Assembly: GCA_046589675.1 (NCBI GenBank) | Contig: JBKJVA010000319.1 | Span: 1-26,347 of the forward strand | DNA: 26,347 nucleotides | Source: Usitatibacteraceae bacterium | GTDB lineage: Bacteria; Pseudomonadota; Gammaproteobacteria; Burkholderiales; Usitatibacteraceae | Reading direction: 5' to 3' | The notes under the pieces: model-generated | Database searches by the model: none | Seen by the model: the letters and a program-made list of their open reading frames with translations, nothing else | Told to the model about the DNA's origin: nothing | Made by a program: the position numbers and the translations under genes | Part shown: positions 19,901 through 25,468 of the stretch, piece after piece | How positions within the stretch are numbered: the first letter of the stretch is position 1 | How the letters are laid out: each line of letters begins with the position of its first letter

Positions 19901-20208
19901 ACGCGATCTTCGCGGCGGGTCAAGTGCGGCTGCGCCCAATCCTGATGACCACGACAGCGATGATTGGCGGCATGCTGCCTTTGGCTCTGGCGTTCGGTGC
20001 CGGTTCCGAGCAACAGTCGCCAATGGCGCATGCCGTCATCGGTGGCATCATCACCTCGACCGTCATGACCCTCGTGGTTGTTCCGGTGCTCTACACTTAC
20101 TTCGACACCTGGGGTGCAAAAGCGACAACCTGGTTTGCACGCAAACCGGTCATATCGATTGGTGGCGGTTCAGTTGAACCGGTACTGGCGGACAAGAAAC
20201 GCGACTGA
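16957..20208 (+). CDS. RND efflux transporter permease subunit (AcrB/MdtB-like)
   Basis: VDQMPDITFP, TSYPGASSEAV, TM4 GILIDDAIVVRENI and TM10 GLVTKNAILLVDF (proton-relay D, D, K intact), RLRPILMTT; GAGGAG RBS. Confidence 0.97.
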   Translation: MRITQISVNNPVFATMMMVGIVVMGLFAYQRLSVDQMPDITFPFVQVQTSYPGASSEAVMQDVTRPIEEAINTISGIKSIRSFSREGFSRVMVEFELKIDVKTAVQDVRDKVAGVRRGFNKDVGEPTVTRADNDNDRPIMYLSMKSPARSLRELSDLADQLVVKRLQGSYGVGTIEVSGSVQREMAIRLNTDKMAAYGVSVDQVVGAIRSQNQNQAAGFLVGDRSERLVRVQGKFKDASDFERVIVARLGSAGNNAPVTLGMVASVRDTEREETTLSTTNGTRGISIEIRKTRGANTLEAAESIRNNIANLKKTLPPDLALDITFDQSKFIKQGVDNVKNTILEGAGLTVLIVFLFLQSWRSTVITGLTIPISVLATFIALYAFGFSINFLTLMALSLSIGILIDDAIVVRENIVRHLAMGKSHFQASLEATQEIGLAVMATTFTIVAVFLPVAFMGGIIGLFFFQFGIAVTVAVLVSLFVSFTLDPMLSAVWHDGPSFINRVKPIKWTLDKQAAMMDWLHAKYDKVLRWTFRPEYRRTWIPKPKPIELALFVAGYVRLTKRVQPKWEFFTIRNRGIVLWVAAFTFFASFALIPFLGSEFIPEADENWANASIQTPIGSSLNYTIGKAEQVEAALREFSEIKRVSRNVWKNGAWFGLELTDKEDRARSKKQLDDAIRKRLSTIAGLEVRVGWNRPIQIFVMGPEIRELDRISQEVVSKLKAIKGTVDVESSYKPTSPTLDITINRELASDLGVSMSSVVSTTRAMIAGEDAGQWEGPDGENHQVLVRLPKNERTGVADLDKIYLPSSRTNADGSPRMVPLRQIADFKPAFAERQIERRNLQRLVQVWSGVASTHTAGAVSGDVQKALKEIALPPGYQFQFGGSSQEMADSLGYAIAALSLAVIFIYLILASQFGSFLQPIAIMASLPLSLIGVLLSLLLFKSTLNLFSVIGFIMLMGLVTKNAILLVDFTNHGRREGMERDDAIFAAGQVRLRPILMTTTAMIGGMLPLALAFGAGSEQQSPMAHAVIGGIITSTVMTLVVVPVLYTYFDTWGAKATTWFARKPVISIGGGSVEPVLADKKRD

Positions 20209-20352
20209 TCGGAAAATCGAAACCCTGCGCGCTGTGTACCATACGAAAAGTCCAACCTGCATAAGATAATGCGGGCCGCCGTCTGGTCCACCTTCCCCGG
20301 GGAAATTTACCCGGGACGACGCACTGATGCAGGATTTTTTATGCGCGCGCGA

Positions 20353-21540
20353 TTAACGCCGATTCATCATCAGCATGCCAAGCGTTGTATTTGTAGGGAA
20401 CGCAACGACGCGATTGCGACCGGCCCTCTTCGCACTGTAAAGCGCTTCATCGGCACGGCTGACGAGCGTCTCCACGCCTTCGCTACCTTCTGACGAGAGT
20501 GTTGCCACGCCGACACTGACGGTCACACGAAGTGTGCGTTCATTGAACATGAAATGCGCTTGTTCGATCGCGTCCCGCGTGCGCTCGGCCATAATCATGG
20601 CGCGGTCGATGGCTGTATTTGGCAGCAGAATGCAGAATTCCTCACCACCATAACGCGCCAGCATGTCTTCTTTCCGCAGCGCCATCATCACTACCGAGAC
20701 GACTCGCTTCAAAACTTCGTCCCCTGCAAGGTGTCCATTGCGATCATTGATCTGCTTGAAGTGATCGACATCTAACATCATCAGCGAAAGTGAGCCTATC
20801 GCGCGCCGGGTTCTGGCGATTTCCTTTTCGGCCAGCTCTAGAAATGTCCGGCGATTGAACGCCCCCGTAAGCGGATCGGTGAATGCCAACCTTTGGGCGT
20901 CTTCCTCACTTCGTTCCTTGTGCAGTAACAGAAAGCCCACCGAGGTGACGAGAATGACTGCAAACCAAAATACATAAGTGATCCCTTGCAACGGGCTTGA
21001 GATCATGAATCCTGGAATGGCGCCAGGCTCCGCGATGCCAACCACGGCCCGTGCGAACATGGTTGCGGCACCGATCAGATAGCCGGTCAGCAAGAGCCGG
21101 CGGGCCGAGCCGCGATCTCCGTGATTCTGCCGTTGTACCAGGACTGCCAGCGCCAGCATCCCGGCACCAAAGATGATGCCAGCCATGATGACGTGTATCG
21201 GAAATTTATCGATAAACAAGGCGAAAAGCGCAGCAACCACCAGCGCGGGAAACACATGCCACCAACGGTTCAATCGTTTGCCGTGAAACTCATGGATCGC
21301 TGCCGCCTGCATGGTCATGCAGATGATAAATAAGGTATTCGGAAAAATGATGGAGGCAAAATCCGGCCAAATACCCCGTGCGGCGTAAAGTCCGAACACG
21401 ATGGCTTGCAACAGCATGGCCCCGGTCCATTTGCCCAAGCCGTCGCGAAAACGCGGGCCGACCGCCACCATTAGCGACACCGCCAGCAAGAGCGAAGTCG
21501 CGATTATCATCACCATCTGTGTGCGCAGGTCGAGTATCAA
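20353..21540 (-). CDS. Membrane-bound diguanylate cyclase (about 7 TM helices plus GGDEF domain)
   Basis: Seven hydrophobic segments in residues ~9-208, then TDPLTGAFNRR, LDVDHFKQIND..GHLAGDEVL, I-site RKED and RYGGEEF. TTG start with AGG 6 nt upstream; start uncertain. Confidence 0.94.
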   Translation of the reverse strand: MILDLRTQMVMIIATSLLLAVSLMVAVGPRFRDGLGKWTGAMLLQAIVFGLYAARGIWPDFASIIFPNTLFIICMTMQAAAIHEFHGKRLNRWWHVFPALVVAALFALFIDKFPIHVIMAGIIFGAGMLALAVLVQRQNHGDRGSARRLLLTGYLIGAATMFARAVVGIAEPGAIPGFMISSPLQGITYVFWFAVILVTSVGFLLLHKERSEEDAQRLAFTDPLTGAFNRRTFLELAEKEIARTRRAIGSLSLMMLDVDHFKQINDRNGHLAGDEVLKRVVSVVMMALRKEDMLARYGGEEFCILLPNTAIDRAMIMAERTRDAIEQAHFMFNERTLRVTVSVGVATLSSEGSEGVETLVSRADEALYSAKRAGRNRVVAFPTNTTLGMLMMNRR

Positions 21541-21600
21541 AGTGTGCCTATGCGTTTATGCATCGAGCATTCGCGCATTGATATTGTTGTTTGAAATGAC

Positions 21601-21606
21601 AATATA
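21601..21606 (-). promoter_or_regulatory. Candidate -10 element (TATATT) for the diguanylate cyclase
   Basis: 5/6 match to TATAAT, 30.5 nt from the centre of the CRP-type box. Confidence 0.5.
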
Positions 21607-21608
21607 CT
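21603..21608 (+). promoter_or_regulatory. Candidate -10 element (TATACT) firing rightwards
   Basis: TATACT with TTGATA 19 nt upstream (long spacer); overlaps the opposite-strand -10. Confidence 0.4.
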
Positions 21609-21628
21609 GGATTGCTCTGGTGGGTCTT

Positions 21629-21644
21629 TGTGAACCAGTTCACA
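21629..21644. promoter_or_regulatory. CRP-family binding site
   Basis: TGTGA-ACCAGT-TCACA, a 10/10 match to the TGTGA-N6-TCACA core, in an intergenic region. Confidence 0.75.
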
Positions 21645-21780
21645 GTGTTCTGAGCGGACCGATGAACGGCAAGAAATCATGGCTGTGTGGTAGCTCGCTT
21701 CTCGTGGCACTTTCTGCAGTGCGCTATGGTCTGCGTGTTAATTTGGCGTTTGAGCAGGCGTATTGGTCAAAAAGGCCCGA

Positions 21781-21810
21781 AAACCTACCTGCACAGGTGG
21801 GTTTTTTGTT
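21781..21810 (+). terminator. Intrinsic terminator with no annotated gene directly upstream on this strand
   Basis: AAACCTACCT-GCAC-AGGTGGGTTT then TTTGTTTT. One G-U pair on +, which becomes a C-A mismatch on -, so it is directional. Confidence 0.75.
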
Positions 21811-21860
21811 TTCCGCATAGGGTAAATTGCCTTCACAGATAATTCTTGCATAGGTAGTGA

Positions 21861-22796
21861 ATGGCTTCCGCCGCCGCGCTTCGGACCGAGATCAACGTCA
21901 ACCTCGACGCCTGTTTGGCCGCAATCCGTTCCAACGAGCTTCAGACCGGCGTAGTGGGCGCTGTCGACTACATGGCAGCGCTGCACCAAGAAGTGGATGA
22001 ACACACCTGGGACGAGGTCGTGCGGCCCGGCGTACTCGCACATGAGTTGCATCAATTGATGCTTGCGGATCCGTATACAGGGCGCGCGTTTCACAAGCCG
22101 CGTGGCTATGCAGGCGATGCCGAGATCATGGATTATCTTTACTATCGCAATCCGCCCGCGAACACGTCGCCGTTGGGGCAACAATTGTTTGCGATCACGA
22201 CATCGCTGCCAAATTCACTCAGCATCGCAGACCGCCGCCATCGCGTTGCGCAACTCATCGATCACGCGGCGGACACCAGGCACCAGCCGGTTCGCGTGTT
22301 AGCCGTGGCGAGCGGTCATCTTCGGGAAGCCGAGCTCTCTACCGCAATGCGCCGGGGTGCCGTTCGTGAGATTGTGGCACTGGATCAGGATCTGCGCAGT
22401 CTGGAAGTCGTGCAAAGAGACTATGCGCGCCTTCCCATCAAGTGCGCACCGCAGTCGATCCAGCGATTGCTGACACCGCGCCCTGATTTGGGGAAATTCG
22501 ATGTGATTTATTCAGCCGGGATGTTCAACTATCTCCCAGATCCACTTGCCTGGCGGCTTACGTCATTTTTGTTCGATTTGCTTAGCCCCGGTGGCACCTT
22601 GATGGCTGCCAATTTCGTGCCTGGTAACGAGAACCGCGCGTACATGGAGTCCTTCATGGATTGGCGCGTCATCATGCGGGACGAAACACAAATGATGCAG
22701 CTTGTGAGCGAATTGCCATCCGCGCAGATCGCGGAACGCTCAATTTCTACCGACTTAGGGAAGAATATCGCCTATTTGGAGATCATGAAAGCTTGA
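21861..22796 (+). CDS. Class I SAM-dependent methyltransferase, PhcB-like (3-hydroxy fatty acid methyl ester synthase family)
   Basis: DPYTGRAFHKPRGYAGDAEIMDY, motif I VLAVASGH, ALDQD, FDVIYSAGMFNYL, LLSPGGTLMAANF, RAYMESFMDWRVIMR. The methyltransferase call is firm; the PhcB-family call is from recalled motifs. Confidence 0.85.
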   Translation: MASAAALRTEINVNLDACLAAIRSNELQTGVVGAVDYMAALHQEVDEHTWDEVVRPGVLAHELHQLMLADPYTGRAFHKPRGYAGDAEIMDYLYYRNPPANTSPLGQQLFAITTSLPNSLSIADRRHRVAQLIDHAADTRHQPVRVLAVASGHLREAELSTAMRRGAVREIVALDQDLRSLEVVQRDYARLPIKCAPQSIQRLLTPRPDLGKFDVIYSAGMFNYLPDPLAWRLTSFLFDLLSPGGTLMAANFVPGNENRAYMESFMDWRVIMRDETQMMQLVSELPSAQIAERSISTDLGKNIAYLEIMKA

Positions 22797-22837
22797 GCGT
22801 CGCACTAAGAATAGTGTCGCTATGACGACTTGTCTGC

Positions 22838-24445
22838 TTAATACCCAACCGCTCCGCCATCCTTGCGATGATCGCTCCCGGCCACATAGCCGCCGTCACC
22901 CAGCCGCCAAATGAGTTGTGCGCCGCCAAAGGCAAAATTAACCGCTTCCGCGGACGCAAGCCTGTGGCCCATGCCTTCAAGCGCCGCGCCAATGCAGGCC
23001 TTCATGGCATCTTCCAATCCGACGGTGCCGTCTGGATTCACAATCCAGCGCGGTGCGTCGGATGCGGTCTGCGGGTTCTGGCCGTAGTCGCACATGCGCG
23101 TCACCATCTGCACATGTCCTTGCGCCTGCATGTGGCCACCCATCACGCCGAAGCTCATCAGTGGTTTGTTGGCAAGGTCGGTGAGAAAACCCGGGATAAT
23201 CGTCTGAAACGGACGTTTGCCTGGTGCCACTTGATTGGGATGCCCGTCTTCCAGCACAAATCCGTGGCCGCGATTTTGCAGTGATATCCCGGTGCCCGGC
23301 ACCACCACACCTGAGCCAAAGCCCATGTAGTTCGATTGGATCAGGCTCACCATCATGCCGCTGGCATCCGCCGTGGTGAGATAGACCGTACCGCCGTGCT
23401 GCGGTATGCCGTGGGTGTGCACACTGGCGCGTTTACAGTTGATTAGTGCCGCGCGGGACTTCAAATAGCCTTTATCAAGCAAAGCGGCAATCGGCATGTC
23501 CATAAAACGCACATCGGCGAGGTAGCGGCTTGCATCCGCAAAGGCAAGTTTCATCGCTTCAATTTGCAGATGTACGCTGGTCAATGAATCCACCTTATGA
23601 GAAGACAGATCAAAATTTTCCAGTATCCCCAAACCGAGCAGGGCGGCCAGGCCCTGGCCATTGGGCGGAATCTCATGCAGCCGCACCTGACGGTAATCCA
23701 GATGGATGGTGCCGACCCAGTCGCAGACGTGCGTTGCGAGATCATCTCGAGAAAGCGATCCACCCAACTGCGCCGCGTGCCTGGCCATTTTCTCCGCCAG
23801 CGCACCGTGGTAAAAGCTCTTGCCGCGCGTCTCCGCGATCTCCTCAAGCGTCTCTGCCTGACCGTTCAAGATCCATTTCTCACCCGCGTGGGGTGCTCGG
23901 CCTGCTGGCGTGAAATCACGAATGAAATCGGCTTGATCTTTCAACATCTCGGCCTGGCGCGCCCAACTCACAGCAGTAATCGGCGAAACAAGATGGCCTT
24001 CGCGCGCGTAACGAATCGCAGGCCCGAACAAGCTTTCGAATGGCAGCTTGCCAAACTTTTCCGATAGCGCCACCCATTGCGAAACCGCACCCGGGATCGT
24101 GATCGAATCGATGCCGCGCACCGGCATTGACGTTGCACCGGGATACTTGCGCGCAAAATGTTCCGGCGTCCAATCGGCAGGCGAGCGACCTGATGCATTG
24201 AGGCCGTGCAATTGCTGACCATCCCAAAGAATCGCAAAGCCATCGGAGCCTATGCCGTTGCTGGTCGGTTCAACGACGGTGAGCGTGATCGCGGCGGCGA
24301 TGGCGGCGTCAACCGCGTTGCCGCCCTGTTGCAGCATGCTGAGTCCCGCCTGTGCGGCAAGCGGCTGTGACGTGGCCACTATATTTTTTGCCATCACCGG
24401 CATGCGTTGGGAAGAATAGGGGAAATCGTATGAAAAGTTTTTCAT
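22838..24445 (-). CDS. ggt: Gamma-glutamyltransferase-family Ntn hydrolase, cytoplasmic YwrD/HpxW-like type
   Basis: VATSQPLAAQAG, GGNAVDAAIAAA..L.VVEPTSNGIGSD, LNASGRSP, autocleavage site GG|TVYL, SNYMGFGSG, LQNRG, GVMGGHMQAQGH; no signal peptide. Confidence 0.93.
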   Translation of the reverse strand: MKNFSYDFPYSSQRMPVMAKNIVATSQPLAAQAGLSMLQQGGNAVDAAIAAAITLTVVEPTSNGIGSDGFAILWDGQQLHGLNASGRSPADWTPEHFARKYPGATSMPVRGIDSITIPGAVSQWVALSEKFGKLPFESLFGPAIRYAREGHLVSPITAVSWARQAEMLKDQADFIRDFTPAGRAPHAGEKWILNGQAETLEEIAETRGKSFYHGALAEKMARHAAQLGGSLSRDDLATHVCDWVGTIHLDYRQVRLHEIPPNGQGLAALLGLGILENFDLSSHKVDSLTSVHLQIEAMKLAFADASRYLADVRFMDMPIAALLDKGYLKSRAALINCKRASVHTHGIPQHGGTVYLTTADASGMMVSLIQSNYMGFGSGVVVPGTGISLQNRGHGFVLEDGHPNQVAPGKRPFQTIIPGFLTDLANKPLMSFGVMGGHMQAQGHVQMVTRMCDYGQNPQTASDAPRWIVNPDGTVGLEDAMKACIGAALEGMGHRLASAEAVNFAFGGAQLIWRLGDGGYVAGSDHRKDGGAVGY

Positions 24446-24446
24446 A
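24429..24446. repeat. Perfect 8-2-8 inverted repeat spanning the ggt start codon
   Basis: TATGAAAA-GT-TTTTCATA. Confidence 0.8.
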
Positions 24447-24451
24447 GTGAT

Positions 24452-24465
24452 CTTTGTTCACAAAG
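24452..24465. repeat. Perfect 6-2-6 inverted repeat, candidate operator
   Basis: CTTTGT-TC-ACAAAG between the divergent ggt and HAD genes. Confidence 0.7.
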
Positions 24466-24484
24466 TTTGCGGGTTGCGGCAGGC

Positions 24485-24493
24485 TGCTAAGAT
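24485..24493 (+). promoter_or_regulatory. Candidate extended -10 promoter for the HAD gene
   Basis: TG-C-TAAGAT, 32 nt upstream of the ATG. Confidence 0.5.
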
Positions 24494-24525
24494 GAGATTC
24501 TAACTCGACTACCTGAACAACAAAG

Positions 24526-25209
24526 ATGACTCAACCACTCCGGGCACTCGTATTCGACGCCTATGGCACCCTCTTCAACGTCCATTCGGTGATGACGACG
24601 TGCGAAGCCCTGTTCCCGGGCAAGGGTCGCGAACTCTCTCAATTGTGGCGCGCCAAGCAACTTGAGTATTCGTGGTTGCGGAGCCTCATGGGGCGCTATG
24701 TAGACTTTAACCAAGTCACCCGCGAGAGTTTGCAATTCGCATGCCAGGCTCTGACACTGACGTATTCGGATACGGTATTGGCGGAACTCAACCAGGCATA
24801 TCGAACGCTTGCGCTGTTCGACGATACCTTTCCAACGCTTCAACAACTTCGCCGTCAGCATCCGGCCGTCAAACTTGCCATCCTTTCCAACGGGGCGGCG
24901 GAAATGCTCAACGCAGTCGTTGCTTACAACAAGCTGGACGACATACTGGACGCGGTATTGAGTGTCGATGAAGTCGGCATTTTCAAACCCGATCCTCGCG
25001 TGTACCAGCTTGGCTGTGATCGATTGGGCGTTGACCGGGACCAGATCGGTTTTGTATCGAGTAATGGCTGGGACGCGGCTGGTGCAAAATCGTTTGGCTT
25101 CAAGACGTTCTGGATCAATCGTACGACTGCACCAGTTGACGCGTTGGGAGTCACACCGGATCGAGTGTTGAATTCGCTGGCTGAATTACCTCCGCTGCTG
25201 GTGGCGTAG
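24526..25209 (+). CDS. Haloacid dehalogenase type II, (S)-2-haloacid dehalogenase-like
   Basis: FDAYGTLF (nucleophile D), WRAKQLEYSW, ILSNG, FKPDPRVY, FVSSNGWDAAGAKSFG. Confidence 0.92.
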   Translation: MTQPLRALVFDAYGTLFNVHSVMTTCEALFPGKGRELSQLWRAKQLEYSWLRSLMGRYVDFNQVTRESLQFACQALTLTYSDTVLAELNQAYRTLALFDDTFPTLQQLRRQHPAVKLAILSNGAAEMLNAVVAYNKLDDILDAVLSVDEVGIFKPDPRVYQLGCDRLGVDRDQIGFVSSNGWDAAGAKSFGFKTFWINRTTAPVDALGVTPDRVLNSLAELPPLLVA

Positions 25210-25360
25210 CGGTCAATGCCGCAGTATCGTCTCCTATGCGTCTGAGCGATTTCTCGTACTCGTAGAGTTCTTCTTCATAAATGTCCATCACACAGGGAAT
25301 GCAACCGGTGCCGCAGCATTCGTGAGGTTCAGGCTTGCGTGGTGGAAGTAGCTTGTTCAT
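25151..25360 (-). CDS. Small oxidoreductase-like-domain protein (CCGxGCxPC)
   Basis: PPRKPEPHECCGTGCIPCVMDIYEEEL matches the P-x-P-x-CCG-x-GC-x-x-CV-x-D-x-Y pattern; ATG at 25360. Confidence 0.82.
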   Translation of the reverse strand: MNKLLPPRKPEPHECCGTGCIPCVMDIYEEELYEYEKSLRRIGDDTAALTATPPAAEVIQPANSTLDPV

Positions 25361-25423
25361 CAAAACATTTTACGTGAGTCGAATTCGACTGGATGTTAGT
25401 CCTAAATCATCCAGCAAAGAGAA

Positions 25424-25442
25424 ACCCCGCACTGTGCGGGGT
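25424..25442 (-). terminator. Intrinsic terminator after tctA
   Basis: Minus strand ACCCCGCA-CAG-TGCGGGGT then TTCTCTTT, about 27 nt after the tctA stop. Confidence 0.75.
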
Positions 25443-25468
25443 CTGGTGTTGCACTGCGCCGAAGACAA

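Noticed and set aside
21610-21810. Known riboswitch (c-di-GMP-I/II, SAM, SAH) in the methyltransferase leader
   Set aside because: I could not find the conserved core sequences by eye; kept only as an unclassified candidate RNA pending an Infernal scan.
21401-21820. ORF 21401..21820, or a 74-aa version from ATG 21596
   Set aside because: Overlaps the cyclase start, has no RBS or homology cue, and reads through the CRP box and the terminator.
24446-24462. CRP-like AGTGA...TCACA near ggt
   Set aside because: Spacer is 7 nt rather than 6; better explained by the CTTTGT/ACAAAG palindrome.
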